64,000 bases of DNA. Origin: an uncultured Candidatus Saccharibacteria bacterium. Its GTDB lineage: Bacteria > Patescibacteriota > Minisyncoccia > Portnoybacterales > UBA2143. Shown one piece after another: positions 36,773 to 47,378 of this stretch (the stretch's first letter is position 1; each line of letters starts with the position of its first letter). The stretch lies in contig CAZQUN010000004.1 of the NCBI GenBank assembly GCA_964596615.1, positions 432 to 64,431 on the forward strand, given 5' to 3'. A program made the translations under genes and the position numbers. Under the pieces are notes generated by a model. The model was not told the DNA's origin, searched no databases, and saw only the letters and a program-made list of their open reading frames with translations.

Positions 36773-37741
36773 ATGCTGCTTAAATTTATAATTACCACCT
36801 CGGTTATTTTTAATTCCCTGACTTTTTTGGCTGATAATATTAAACCTCCTCAGGTTTTTTCTAATTTATCAAAGTATCTTCCCAGAAAAGAAGTAGAAGT
36901 TAAGAAATTGCCTCTTTTACCAGATTGGCAGTTTCAAAAAGCCGCCATTTCCGCCCTTAAACAGGCCAGACCCAATTTTTATCCAATCCGGGATTGGGGG
37001 ATTGAAACCCTTGAAGTTGAAGCCAAATCTGCCCTAATTTTTGATTCAGCCAAGGATAAAGCCCTTTATCAAAAAGAGTCAGATTTGGTTTTGCCAATTG
37101 CCAGTTTGACTAAAATAATGACGGCCTTGGTTGTTTTGGAAAGTATTGATACCGAAGAAATTGTCCTTATTACTGAGAAAGCTATTGCTGGATATGGAGA
37201 CAGAGGCGGATTAGTTCTTAATGAAGAAATCAGTGTTGAAAATCTTCTGTACGCTCTTTTAATGGAATCAAGTAATGATGCCGCCTATGCTTTGGCAGAA
37301 GCAGTTGAATTAAAAACAGAAAGAAGCTTTATTGATTTAATGAATGAAAAATCCAGAGAATTAGGTTTTGAAAAAACTAATTTTACTGACCCAAGCGGAT
37401 ACGAATCAGGCAATGTTTCAACAGTTAGTGAATTAGCCCAATTGGTTGAGTATAGTTTTGGAGAATCCCTGATTTGGCGGATTATGAAAACACCAATGAT
37501 CGAAAAATTTTCTGTTGACAGGGGAGTCCGCCATTTCTGGACAAACACCGATAAATTATTGGCTCGTTTGGATAATGTTGTTGGGGGAAAAACCGGCTAT
37601 ACCGAGGAAGCCGGTGGTTGTCTTATTCTGGTTATTAATCATAACGAAGGGAATTTAATTAGTGTTGTTTTAGGAACAAAAGAAAGATTCTTAGAAACCG
37701 AAAGATTAATTAATTGGGTCCAAGAGGCCTATCAATGGTAG
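36773..37741 (+). CDS. D-alanyl-D-alanine carboxypeptidase (S11)
   Basis: ASLTK (SxxK), SSNDAA (SxN), KTG motifs. Confidence 0.9.
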   Translation: MLLKFIITTSVIFNSLTFLADNIKPPQVFSNLSKYLPRKEVEVKKLPLLPDWQFQKAAISALKQARPNFYPIRDWGIETLEVEAKSALIFDSAKDKALYQKESDLVLPIASLTKIMTALVVLESIDTEEIVLITEKAIAGYGDRGGLVLNEEISVENLLYALLMESSNDAAYALAEAVELKTERSFIDLMNEKSRELGFEKTNFTDPSGYESGNVSTVSELAQLVEYSFGESLIWRIMKTPMIEKFSVDRGVRHFWTNTDKLLARLDNVVGGKTGYTEEAGGCLILVINHNEGNLISVVLGTKERFLETERLINWVQEAYQW

Positions 37742-37742
37742 T

Positions 37743-38792
37743 ATGCCAGACATATTTTTTATCTCACGAATTATGGGATTAGGAGCAATTTCTTTTCTTT
37801 TTGCTTTAGCTTGGACACCTCTCTTGGTTCGTTTCCTTGAAAAGCACAAGATGGGTAAGCAAATTAGAACGGAAGGAGTCCCATACTTTGCCAAACATCA
37901 CGGTAAAAAAGAGGGGACTCCAACTATGGGTGGAATTCTGATCTGGATGACAGTTTTGTTTTTAACTCTGCTTTTCTGGGTTCTAGCCAAAGCCGGGGAT
38001 GGAACCATTTTTCAGAATCTTGATTTTTTAACAAGGAAGGAAACCCTTCTTCCTTTGGGCGCTCTGATTGCCTCAGCCCTGGTTGGTTTAGGAGATGACT
38101 TGTTGGGAATCTTTAAGATTGGTTCCAATGGGGGGGGGCTTAAAATCCGTCATCGTCTCTTAATCTATACCGCTATTGCTGTTTTCGGCGCCTGGTGGTT
38201 CTTTGTTAAGTTGGAATGGGATTTAGTTCATGTTCCTTTTCTGGGAGATTTTAATATCGGCCTTTGGTATATTCTTGTTTTTATCTTTGTTTTGGTTGCG
38301 ACCGCTTTTTCAACAAATCAAACCGATGGACTTGATGGATTAGCCGGTGGAATTCTTTTAATTGGCTTTGCTGCTTACGGGGCAATTGCTTTTTCCCAGG
38401 GCAAAATGGACTTGGCGGCTTTTTGCGGAGTAATTATCGGGGCCCTGTTGGCCTTTCTTTGGTTTAATATTTACCCAGCCAGATTTTTTATGGGCGATAC
38501 CGGATCAATGTCATTGGGAATTACTTTAGGCATTATTGCCATGCTGACAAACTACTTTCTCCTTCTTCCTTTAATCTTTTTCATTCCGGTAGTAGAATCA
38601 GTTTCGACTGCTGTCCAGATACTTTCAAAAAGAATCAGGAAGAAGAAAATATTTCTTTCAGCGCCTATTCATCATCATTTCGAAGCCAAGGGATGGCATG
38701 AGACGAAAATAACTATGCGTTTCTGGATGATTAACGGAACTATGGCAGTGATAGGATTGATTCTTGTTTTTATTGAAGTAATCACAAAGTAA
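37743..38792 (+). CDS. mraY: Phospho-N-acetylmuramoyl-pentapeptide transferase
   Basis: K.GTPTMGG, TDGLDGLA, FMGDTGS, APIHHHFE. Confidence 0.96.
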   Translation: MPDIFFISRIMGLGAISFLFALAWTPLLVRFLEKHKMGKQIRTEGVPYFAKHHGKKEGTPTMGGILIWMTVLFLTLLFWVLAKAGDGTIFQNLDFLTRKETLLPLGALIASALVGLGDDLLGIFKIGSNGGGLKIRHRLLIYTAIAVFGAWWFFVKLEWDLVHVPFLGDFNIGLWYILVFIFVLVATAFSTNQTDGLDGLAGGILLIGFAAYGAIAFSQGKMDLAAFCGVIIGALLAFLWFNIYPARFFMGDTGSMSLGITLGIIAMLTNYFLLLPLIFFIPVVESVSTAVQILSKRIRKKKIFLSAPIHHHFEAKGWHETKITMRFWMINGTMAVIGLILVFIEVITK

Positions 38793-38793
38793 T

Positions 38794-39888
38794 ATGAAAG
38801 CTCATCAACCAGACTATTTTTTCATCTCAGCTGTTTTTGTTCTGGTTGTTTTTGGTTTAGTTGTTTTATCAAGCGCTTCGGTTGTCATTTCTCAGGAAAC
38901 CTTTGGAGAAAACTACTATTTCCTCAAGCACCAGCTCATTTACGGCCTTTTGATTGGATTAGTTGCTTTTTTTATTATTCAGAGAATTAATTACCGCTTT
39001 TGGCAGAAACTGGCTTTTCCTTTAATGATTTTGGGTTTAGTCCTTTTGGGATTGGTTTTTCTGCCGGGAGTAGGGTATGGCCATGGGGAAGCCAGGCGCT
39101 GGATAGGTTTTGGCCCTTTTTCTATTCAACCTTTTGAATTTATTAAATTAAGCTTTGTTCTCTATTTAGCAGCGCTTTTAAGCAGAAGAGGAGAAAGCAA
39201 AGAAGTAATTAAAGAGAGTTTAATTCCTTTTCTGGTTAGTTTTGTTATTATCAGTATTTTGGTTCTCTTTCAGCCGAATATGAGCGCTTTTATTCTGATA
39301 TCTCTAATTGCCGGCCTAGTCTATTTCCTGGCCGGGGTTAAGTTCTCCCATCTGGTAGCAATGGGGGTATTGGCTTTATCCAGTTTTTTTGTTTTAATAA
39401 AGATAACACCTTATCGGATGAGAAGGTTAACAGTATTTCTTCATCCGGAGATTGATCCGCAGGGAATTGGCTATCAGATTAACCAGGCCCTTTTGGCTAT
39501 TGGTTCAGGCGGCCTTTTCGGATTAGGTCTGGGGCACAGCATTCAAAAGTGGAAGTACCTGCCAGAAGTTATTGGTGATTCCATTTTTGCCGTTATTGCC
39601 GAAGAACTTGGATTAATTGGGGCTGGTCTATTAATTGGTCTATTTGTCTTCCTGTTCTGGCGGGGATTAAAAATTGCTAAAAATGCTCCTGATAAATTTG
39701 GCTATCTTTTAGCCGGCAGTATTACTGGCTGGCTCTTTTTCCAGGTTTTCATCAATATCATGGCTATTTGCGGAATGATTCCTTTGACCGGCATGCCATT
39801 GCCTTTTATCAGTTATGGTGGCAGCGCTTTGGCGGTTTCTCTAACAGCGGTTGGGATAGTAACTAATATATCTAAGTATACGAAGTAA
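38794..39888 (+). CDS. ftsW: SEDS peptidoglycan polymerase FtsW
   Basis: ARRWI, QP.EF.K, GYQ..Q...AIGSGG, LPFISYGGS; between mraY and murG. Confidence 0.92.
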   Translation: MKAHQPDYFFISAVFVLVVFGLVVLSSASVVISQETFGENYYFLKHQLIYGLLIGLVAFFIIQRINYRFWQKLAFPLMILGLVLLGLVFLPGVGYGHGEARRWIGFGPFSIQPFEFIKLSFVLYLAALLSRRGESKEVIKESLIPFLVSFVIISILVLFQPNMSAFILISLIAGLVYFLAGVKFSHLVAMGVLALSSFFVLIKITPYRMRRLTVFLHPEIDPQGIGYQINQALLAIGSGGLFGLGLGHSIQKWKYLPEVIGDSIFAVIAEELGLIGAGLLIGLFVFLFWRGLKIAKNAPDKFGYLLAGSITGWLFFQVFINIMAICGMIPLTGMPLPFISYGGSALAVSLTAVGIVTNISKYTK

Positions 39889-39889
39889 T

Positions 39890-40996
39890 ATGAGAATAGT
39901 ATTCACTGGTGGCGGCACTGGCGGACATATTTATCCGATTATTGCCGTAGCCAGACAATTAAAACAAAAACAAATACCCTTAGAAATGATATTTCTGGGA
40001 CCGGCTGGTCCTTATCGTCAGGAATTGGAAAAAGAGGGGATTATTGTTAAATCAGTCCTGGCCGGGAAATTAAGAAGATATTTTTCTATCTGGACGGTTT
40101 TGGATATTTTAAAGTTTCCTCTTGGTTTAATTCAATCCTTCTGGTACTTATTCATCCTGATGCCGGACATCGTCTTTTCTAAAGGGGGATATGGCAGCGT
40201 TCCAGTTACCCTGGTTTCCTGGCTATATTTCATCCCAATTCTTTCCCATGAATCAGATGCTGTTCCGGGATTGGCTAATCGCATTGGAGCATTTTTTTCA
40301 AAAAGAATTGCTCTTTCATTTCAATCGGCTGGAAAATATTTTTCTCCTAAAAAAATCGCTTTGGTTGGTAATCCGATTCGCTCAGAAATTGCTCAAATTT
40401 GTCTTTCAACTGATTCTCAAGAAAAGGAAAAAGGCAAACAACTTTTCAGTATTTCCAGCCAAAAGCCAATTATCCTGATTTTAGGCGGCAGCCAAGGGGC
40501 AGAGAAAATTAATCGATTGGTTTTATCTGTCTTATCTCAACTTTTGGAGAAATATGAGGTCATTCATCAATCCGGTCCAAAGAATTACGAAAAGATAAAG
40601 AATTGGTTAAAGCAAATGCCGGCCAATTACCATCTTTTTCCGTTCTTGGATGAAAATCAGATTGCCCATGCCTATCTCGTTTCTAATCTAATCATTTCCC
40701 GGGCCGGAGCGGGGAGCATTTCAGAAATTGCTATTTGCGGAAAACCAAGTATTTTAATCCCAATTCCAAAGTCTGCTTCTAATCATCAGAGAAAGAACGC
40801 TTTTGCCTATGCCCGGGCTGGAGCAACTTCAGTTTTAGAACAGGATAATTTAACTCCGCACATGCTTCTTAATGAAATTTCAGAAATTGTGGATGACCCG
40901 GAATTAGTTCAGAAGATGTCCCTAAATGCCAGAAACTTTTCTCAACCCGAAGCTGCTCAAAAGATTGCTGAAGAAATATTTGAAATGGGGAAATGA
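39890..40996 (+). CDS. murG: Lipid II GlcNAc transferase MurG
   Basis: GGGTGGHIYP, KGGY, GNPIR, GGSQGA, SRAGA, HQ..NA. Confidence 0.97.
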   Translation: MRIVFTGGGTGGHIYPIIAVARQLKQKQIPLEMIFLGPAGPYRQELEKEGIIVKSVLAGKLRRYFSIWTVLDILKFPLGLIQSFWYLFILMPDIVFSKGGYGSVPVTLVSWLYFIPILSHESDAVPGLANRIGAFFSKRIALSFQSAGKYFSPKKIALVGNPIRSEIAQICLSTDSQEKEKGKQLFSISSQKPIILILGGSQGAEKINRLVLSVLSQLLEKYEVIHQSGPKNYEKIKNWLKQMPANYHLFPFLDENQIAHAYLVSNLIISRAGAGSISEIAICGKPSILIPIPKSASNHQRKNAFAYARAGATSVLEQDNLTPHMLLNEISEIVDDPELVQKMSLNARNFSQPEAAQKIAEEIFEMGK

Positions 40997-41054
40997 AAAG
41001 CCCTGCTTCCTTTTAATGAGTTTTGGAAGCAGGACCAAATTTTTCCGACTGGCT

Positions 41055-41243
41055 CTATCTTTCTCCTTCTATTGCTTTAAGTATCTTCTCCAAAAGGCAG
41101 AAAACCCCGACGGAGAAGAATAAAGTTGCAATAGAGTAGAATAAAGGAGGGATATAGCCGGTAGAAGGATTACTGAAAAAGTTACCGAGAAAAACGCAAA
41201 AAGCGATAATGCCTGAAACAACATGTGATGTAACAGAAGCCAT
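41055..41243 (-). CDS. Small hypothetical two-TM protein
   Basis: SD aggagg; two hydrophobic segments. Confidence 0.55.
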   Translation of the reverse strand: MASVTSHVVSGIIAFCVFLGNFFSNPSTGYIPPLFYSIATLFFSVGVFCLLEKILKAIEGER

Positions 41244-41332
41244 GAAATCACCTCCTATTGAGTGAAATTAAAAGTAATATATTTTTAACAAACCTTATTT
41301 CATTACCCTAATTATATCATACTAATTAAAAT

Positions 41333-42721
41333 ATGTCAATAGAAAGTGGGAAAGAAATCAGAGTTAGAATAGCGCCGAGTCCAACCGGACTGCTACATAT
41401 TGGAACAGCTCGTTCCACTCTTTTTAACTATTTATTCGCCCAACAAAAAAAAGGCAAGTTCATTTTGCGGATAGAGGACACTGATAAAGACCGCTCCAAG
41501 AAAGAATACGAAGAAGATATTATTCAGGGATTAAAATGGCTTGGACTTGATTGGGACGAAGGTCCAATAAGACAAAGCCGAAGAACAGAAATTTACAGAG
41601 AACAGATTAAAAAACTCCTTAATTCAGGAGATGCTTTTTTCTGCGACCACACCAAGGAGGAATTAGACGAAGAAAAAGAAAAGCAGAAAAAGAAAAAACA
41701 AGCCCCAAGACATGTTTGTAATAGAAAGGGGAAAGCCAAAGAGGGGATTATTCGATTCCGGGCGCCCAAAGGAAAAATTACTTTTAATGATTTAATCCGG
41801 GGAAAAATTGAAATTGATGGAGGATTACTAGGAGATTTCAGTATTGCCAAGGATGAAAAAACTCCATTGTATAATTTCAGCGCTGTGATTGATGACGCTC
41901 AAATGAAAATATCTCATGTTATTAGAGGAGAGGACCACCTGCCTAATACTCCTAAACAAATTCTTTTGTACCAGGCCTTAAAATTAGATTTGCCAGAGTT
42001 TGCTCATTTACCTTTAATTTTAGGTCCGGATAGATCTAAAATGAGCAAAAGACACGGGGCAACTTCTGTTGGTCAATACAGAAAAGAAGGATATTTACCA
42101 GAAGCGATTAATAATTTTCTGGCGCTTTTAGGCTGGAATCCTGGAACAGAAAAAGAAATATTTTCAATGGATGAATTAATCAAGGAATTTTCTCTTGAAA
42201 GAGTTCATAAGGGCGGAGCAATTTTCAATCTTGAACGGCTTAACTGGATTAACGGGCAATATATTCGTCAGATGGATTTGGATGAATTAACCAAAAAATG
42301 CCTTGAATATTTTCCTAAAAAAACAGATTTTGAATACGCTAAAAAAATTGTCAAGTTAGAACAGGAAAGAATTAAAAAATTGTCGGAAATAGGGGAATTA
42401 ACTCAATTCTTTTTCAAAGATGAGTTAGATTATGATAAAGAACTTTTAATTTGGAAGGAAACTTCTTTGGAAAAAACTAAAAAGAATCTAGGATTATTAG
42501 CCGAGGAATTGGAGAAAATGGGGGATTTTGACCAAAAATCATTAGAACTAATCTTGATGCCTCTGGCAGAAAAACATGGCCGAGGCGAGCTTCTATGGCC
42601 TCTGAGAGTGGCTTTAACCGGCCAAAAGGCCTCACCCGGACCCTTTGAAGTAATGGAGGTTTTGGGCAAGGAAAAGACGCTAAAACGGATTGAAGAGGGA
42701 GTAAAAAAACTCCGAGAATAA
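41333..42721 (+). CDS. gltX: Glutamate--tRNA ligase
   Basis: APSPTG.LHIG, RIEDTD, RGEDH, KMSKR. Confidence 0.97.
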   Translation: MSIESGKEIRVRIAPSPTGLLHIGTARSTLFNYLFAQQKKGKFILRIEDTDKDRSKKEYEEDIIQGLKWLGLDWDEGPIRQSRRTEIYREQIKKLLNSGDAFFCDHTKEELDEEKEKQKKKKQAPRHVCNRKGKAKEGIIRFRAPKGKITFNDLIRGKIEIDGGLLGDFSIAKDEKTPLYNFSAVIDDAQMKISHVIRGEDHLPNTPKQILLYQALKLDLPEFAHLPLILGPDRSKMSKRHGATSVGQYRKEGYLPEAINNFLALLGWNPGTEKEIFSMDELIKEFSLERVHKGGAIFNLERLNWINGQYIRQMDLDELTKKCLEYFPKKTDFEYAKKIVKLEQERIKKLSEIGELTQFFFKDELDYDKELLIWKETSLEKTKKNLGLLAEELEKMGDFDQKSLELILMPLAEKHGRGELLWPLRVALTGQKASPGPFEVMEVLGKEKTLKRIEEGVKKLRE

Positions 42722-42768
42722 GACAATGCCTATCCTCGAAGTGGTCGAATAATCGTGGTCAAACAATT

Positions 42769-43359
42769 TTATTCGGGAGGGTTGTTAAAGTGAGGGAACA
42801 GAAAAGGGTTTTTAGAGAATGATTTTGCCGTATCGTTGAAAAATCTTTTTAACCTTGCCGGAAAAAAGATGATTTCAACGGGCGCAAATGTGGGTCCTTT
42901 TGGTCTGCCAAGGCAAAACCCTCGTATAAGACCCTTTGCTTCGGCGGGTGTGGAGGTGAGAAAAGATGTTCCTTTACCCGGAGTGCCCGGAATTGTTACT
43001 TTAAAAGAATCTATTTCATCGTCTTTATTGTTCTCGGGTTCTATTATCACTGTTAGCATTTTTCCCTTCTCTCTGATAAATTTATAGGCAGTGGGTCCTT
43101 CTTGTTGGTGTCTGGCCTTTGCTTCTAGTCCTTGACTAGTAGCAATTCTGTCTGCCACTTCTTCAAACTCAAAAGGAGAAATCGTTTTGGCGCATTCGTC
43201 ATCAGCATCAGTTTCAATTAAGAACTGCCATTCTGGATTTATCCTGACAATTTGAACTCCGAAAAATAACCTGATAAAATCTCCTGGTTTGAGACAGACT
43301 CCACCTTTTTTTATTAATTTTTTCAAAATAGCGGTAGTTTTAGTGATGTTATCAGACAA
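42769..43359 (-). CDS. Hypothetical protein
   Basis: 196-aa ORF; SD aaggagg before a TTG start; no recognisable motif. Confidence 0.6.
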   Translation of the reverse strand: MSDNITKTTAILKKLIKKGGVCLKPGDFIRLFFGVQIVRINPEWQFLIETDADDECAKTISPFEFEEVADRIATSQGLEAKARHQQEGPTAYKFIREKGKMLTVIIEPENNKDDEIDSFKVTIPGTPGKGTSFLTSTPAEAKGLIRGFCLGRPKGPTFAPVEIIFFPARLKRFFNDTAKSFSKNPFLFPHFNNPPE

Positions 43360-43437
43360 TTCTACCTCCTTCCTTTTTCTTTCCTTAGATATATTTGTTA
43401 ATATTATTAAGAGCTAGTATAATAAACACAAAGTAGC

Positions 43438-44745
43438 ATGAATAGTAGATTGAGTCAATTTAGTTGGCAGTTTTGGGTTTTGTCTTTAACCCTCCTTTTA
43501 ATATTTCCCATTTTCACCCAGGCAGATTTAATTGACGAGATTAATCAACAAATTAAAGAACGGGAAGGTAAAAGAACGGAACTAGAAAGACAAGCCCAAG
43601 AATACCAGGCAGTTATTAACCAAAAGAGGGGAGAGATTAATACTTTTAGCAATCAGATTGCCATTTTCAATGCTCAGATAAACAAATTGCAGGTGGAAAT
43701 AAATATTACTGAGGATGATGTTTCTCAGACCAAAATAGAGATTATTCAATTAGAATACGGCATTGAGGAAACCGAGGAGGATATAGTTTACCAAAAGGAC
43801 AATCTGGCTGTAATTATTCAGTCAATTGCCGAATATGACCAAACTTCGCAATTGGAAATGATGCTTCAAAGTGATGATTTTTCTGACTTTTTCAGCCAAA
43901 TGACATATTTAGATAATCTTCAAAGCGGTGTCCGGGAAAAAGTTAATAAACTTAAAACCCTGAAAGTAAAATTAGGGCAGGATAAAGAAACAAAAGAAGA
44001 TAAAAAAACCAATTTAGAAAATCTTAAAAGCCAGTTAGATAATCAGAAATGGTCTCTGGCCAGCCAGAGAAATTCCAAAGAAGCTCTTTTAAAATATACC
44101 CAGGGAGAAGAAAAGAAATATCAACAAATGCTGGCTAATATTGAAGCCCAGAAAAAGTCCCTATTAGGCGATTTAAGCAAATTACGCCAGCAAAAAGCAG
44201 AAGAATTAGCCCGATTAAAAGAATTACAGGAAAAACCGCCATCTCAGTATTGGGCTTCAACTAACTGGTATTACCAACAAGATGATCCGACCTGGGCTGA
44301 GACAACCATTGGCTTCAGCCGTTCTGAAATGGGGGACTACGGCTGCGCCGTTAGTAGTGTTGCTATGGTAGCAAGTTATCATGGTAGTTGGATTACACCG
44401 GGACAAATGGCTAAACAACCAATTTTCTATTATGACCTAATTGTCTGGCCAAGGAGCTGGGGGAATATTAGCTGCACTAACTGTCCGCCGCCCCATGTTT
44501 CAACATTTGACTGGTTCCGTTTAGACAGGGAATTAGGAGCCGGCCATCCGGTTATTGTCTTTGTCCGGGCTAATGGCCGGGGAGCCGGACATTATGTTGT
44601 TGTCCATCACAAGACCGATGATGGCAGGTATGTTGTTCATGATCCGCTCTTTGGAGAAAACATCTACTTAGATTCAACCCGAGTCTATATTTCCAATCTT
44701 TACGAAACTAATACATCAATAGACCAAATGGTCATTTATCATTAA
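43438..44745 (+). CDS. Secreted coiled-coil protein with C39-like peptidase domain
   Basis: Signal peptide; CwlO/EnvC-like coiled coil; YYQQ.D..W, GCAVSS.AMV, GHYVVV, VHDP. Confidence 0.82.
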   Translation: MNSRLSQFSWQFWVLSLTLLLIFPIFTQADLIDEINQQIKEREGKRTELERQAQEYQAVINQKRGEINTFSNQIAIFNAQINKLQVEINITEDDVSQTKIEIIQLEYGIEETEEDIVYQKDNLAVIIQSIAEYDQTSQLEMMLQSDDFSDFFSQMTYLDNLQSGVREKVNKLKTLKVKLGQDKETKEDKKTNLENLKSQLDNQKWSLASQRNSKEALLKYTQGEEKKYQQMLANIEAQKKSLLGDLSKLRQQKAEELARLKELQEKPPSQYWASTNWYYQQDDPTWAETTIGFSRSEMGDYGCAVSSVAMVASYHGSWITPGQMAKQPIFYYDLIVWPRSWGNISCTNCPPPHVSTFDWFRLDRELGAGHPVIVFVRANGRGAGHYVVVHHKTDDGRYVVHDPLFGENIYLDSTRVYISNLYETNTSIDQMVIYH

Positions 44746-44756
44746 ATATTAAAAAT

Positions 44757-45176
44757 ATGCGATACATCATTTTTTCAATAATATTTTTCCTTCTTTCTTT
44801 TAATTTTGTTTTAGCAGAAGGAATAACACTCCCGAAACAATCAGAAGGTCTTGATAGTTTTTATCAGCAGATCAACAACAAGATTATCTCTCCGGTGAAA
44901 CAAATCTTTGAAGTAATTCCTCAGAGGGCCAAAGAAAGCGCTGATAAAATTATGGAAAGGTTCCAGGATAAAGCAGAACAGAAAAAAGAAGAAATAAAAG
45001 AGGAAATTAAGGAAGAAATCAAACAAGAAAGCAAGGAACAAATCCAGAAAAAGTCAAAATGGGCAGAGGAGACAATTAGAAAATGGCTCTCTCCTCTAAA
45101 AATTAAAATTGAGCAGGGGAGTCAGGTCCTGAGAGGATGGATAGGAAAAGGGATAGATTGGATTAAAAGTTTTTAA
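44757..45176 (+). CDS. Hypothetical secreted protein
   Basis: Signal peptide; helical E/K-rich body. Confidence 0.7.
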   Translation: MRYIIFSIIFFLLSFNFVLAEGITLPKQSEGLDSFYQQINNKIISPVKQIFEVIPQRAKESADKIMERFQDKAEQKKEEIKEEIKEEIKQESKEQIQKKSKWAEETIRKWLSPLKIKIEQGSQVLRGWIGKGIDWIKSF

Positions 45177-45232
45177 TAAAAAAACCGACAGCCAGAGTTA
45201 GGGAATGGGGGAGAGGTTGTCCACAGAAAAAT

Positions 45233-45296
45233 TTGACGGCTATTTAGCCGTGTAATAAAATTGTAATATAGTCGGATAATATACCTTAATACACAT
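45233..45296 (+). promoter_or_regulatory. xer promoter with palindrome and dif-like site
   Basis: TTGACG-17-TAAAAT; acggcta-tt-tagccgt palindrome; tagtcggataa-tatacc-ttaatacacat at 45269-45296. Confidence 0.5.
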
Positions 45297-45303
45297 TAAA
45301 TAT

Positions 45304-46245
45304 ATGGAGAAAAGCAAAAAGCCACTAACTCAACATTTAACTGATTTTTTGGATTGGCTTGATATTGAAAAAGGTTTATCAAATAAATCCCAGGAAAACT
45401 ATTCCCGCTTCCTCAAAAAGTTTGTTGGTTGGTTAGAAGAAAATAACCTAAAGGATTTAAAACCCCATGACCTCTCCCCCGGCCATATTTGGGAATATCG
45501 GGTCTACCTTTCCAGGCATTCAAAAAAACCATTAAAAAAATCTACCCAAAACTATTACTTAATCGCTTTGAGGTCGTTTTTAAACTACTTTGCCGACCGG
45601 GATATCATTTCCCTTCCGGCAGAAAAAATTAAATTATCTAAAGACAAGGGCGAAAAGAAAATTCATTTTTTAACCATAGAACAGGTTGAAAAATTACTCT
45701 CTACTCCTGATACTAATAAAAAGAACGGTCTTCGTGACCGGGCTATCCTGGAAAGCTTGTTTTCAACCGGTTTAAGAATCGCTGAATTAGTTTCTCTGAA
45801 TAGGGATCAGATTCGTATCATTCCCCTAGCCAAAGATTTAGAAATTGGCATTGTTGGCAAAGGAAATCGTCCCAGAACCGTCTATTTCTCCGAGAGAGCC
45901 ATATACTGGCTTGATAAGTATCTTAAAACAAGAAAAGACAATGATAAGGCTCTTTTTGTTAACTATCAAGGTAGAAAAGATGCCCCGAAACGGTTAACAG
46001 ACCGGTCCATTGAAAGAGGTCTTAAAAGATACGCTCTTTTAGCTGGATTGCCTGGAAATACGACTCCCCATACTATTCGTCATTCATTTGCGACTGATCT
46101 TCTTTCCCAGGGCGTTGATTTAAGATTAATCCAGGAATTTTTAGGACACAGCAATATTGCTACGACCCAGATATATGCTCATGTAACAAGTAAAAAACTT
46201 AGAGATGTCCATCGTAAATTTCACGGCGGAAAGGATTTAAAATGA
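45304..46245 (+). CDS. Xer-type tyrosine recombinase
   Basis: RDRAILE.LFSTGLRIAEL, GKG, H..RHSFAT, LGH....TTQIY catalytic residues. Confidence 0.93.
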   Translation: MEKSKKPLTQHLTDFLDWLDIEKGLSNKSQENYSRFLKKFVGWLEENNLKDLKPHDLSPGHIWEYRVYLSRHSKKPLKKSTQNYYLIALRSFLNYFADRDIISLPAEKIKLSKDKGEKKIHFLTIEQVEKLLSTPDTNKKNGLRDRAILESLFSTGLRIAELVSLNRDQIRIIPLAKDLEIGIVGKGNRPRTVYFSERAIYWLDKYLKTRKDNDKALFVNYQGRKDAPKRLTDRSIERGLKRYALLAGLPGNTTPHTIRHSFATDLLSQGVDLRLIQEFLGHSNIATTQIYAHVTSKKLRDVHRKFHGGKDLK

Positions 46246-47378
46246 GAATCTCCTATTCCGGGCTGGATACCTTTTCTACCTGTCCGGCAAAATATAAGTT
46301 TCAATATGTTGAACGAATTAAATTTCCTAAGATAAAGGAAGCGGTTTTTGGAACCTTGATTCACGATTGTTTAAAGATGTTCCACGAGCCCGGTCGGCTC
46401 GCTCCCCCAACCGAAGACGAACTTTTACAATACTTTACTAACAAATGGAATCCGGACATCTATTCCGACCAACAGGAGGAAGCTTTTGCTTTTCATCAGG
46501 GAATAGATATTCTTAAAAAATATTTTCTTCAAAACCAAGGACTTGAATTTAATATTATAAACCTGGAAGCGCCTTTTGGAGCGCTCATTTCAGACGGGAA
46601 AGAAATTAATCAAATCACCGGTCGGATTGACCGGATTGATAAACTTCCGGATGGAAGCTTTGAGGTTATTGATTACAAGACAAGCAAAAAAATGCCTGCT
46701 CAGGAGACAGTTGATAAAAACTTCCAACTTTCCGTCTATTATCTCGGTTTAACCAATCGCTGGCCCTCAATTCAGGAACAAAACCGACCAGTTAAATTAT
46801 CCCTCTATTTTTTAAGACATGGCGAGAAACTTTCTGCGACAAGAAACAGCAGTCAAATTAAAGAAACCCAGGAAAGAATCCTGGATTTAATCAGTCAAAT
46901 AAAGATTAGTAATTTTGAACCAAAAGCCAACCCATTATGCAATTGGTGCCAGTATCAGCCCCATTGCCCCTTATACAAACATAAATTTATTACTCCTGAC
47001 TCCCCTGCTCCAGGTGAAAAGAAAATTAAAAAAGTTATCAAAGAATTTTTTGAAATAAAAGAAAAACAAAACCAGGATACAAAAAGAATCGGAGAACTAA
47101 AGGAATTAATTAACCAATACTGTGATGAAAATGATTTAGAACGGGTCTTTGCTGATGAAGGTCATATCACTCGCCTGTCCCAGCAGAGGTTTAGTTATAA
47201 TTTTAATCAGGTTAAAAAGGTTTTAGAGCCAATTGGCAAATGGAATCAGATTTTAACCATAGATACAGCTAAATTCAAAAAAGTGATTGATTCTCTTCCT
47301 TATCAAGAAAAGAAGGAAATAGAAAAGACAAAAACTCTCCAAAGAGAGTTTAAAGTTATTTCCGGGAAGAAACATTAA
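46242..47378 (+). CDS. PD-(D/E)XK nuclease family protein (RecB/AddB/Cas4-like, Fe-S cysteines)
   Basis: SYS.L..F..CP, GRIDRID, IDYKT, QL..Y, C.WC.....C. Confidence 0.88.
   Translation: MRISYSGLDTFSTCPAKYKFQYVERIKFPKIKEAVFGTLIHDCLKMFHEPGRLAPPTEDELLQYFTNKWNPDIYSDQQEEAFAFHQGIDILKKYFLQNQGLEFNIINLEAPFGALISDGKEINQITGRIDRIDKLPDGSFEVIDYKTSKKMPAQETVDKNFQLSVYYLGLTNRWPSIQEQNRPVKLSLYFLRHGEKLSATRNSSQIKETQERILDLISQIKISNFEPKANPLCNWCQYQPHCPLYKHKFITPDSPAPGEKKIKKVIKEFFEIKEKQNQDTKRIGELKELINQYCDENDLERVFADEGHITRLSQQRFSYNFNQVKKVLEPIGKWNQILTIDTAKFKKVIDSLPYQEKKEIEKTKTLQREFKVISGKKH

Noticed and set aside
45304-46245. Phage or island integrase
   Set aside because: Size and motifs fit a chromosomal Xer, with no phage genes or att-flanked cargo nearby.
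46242-47378. Cas4 or CRISPR system
   Set aside because: No repeat-spacer array and no other cas genes in the window.
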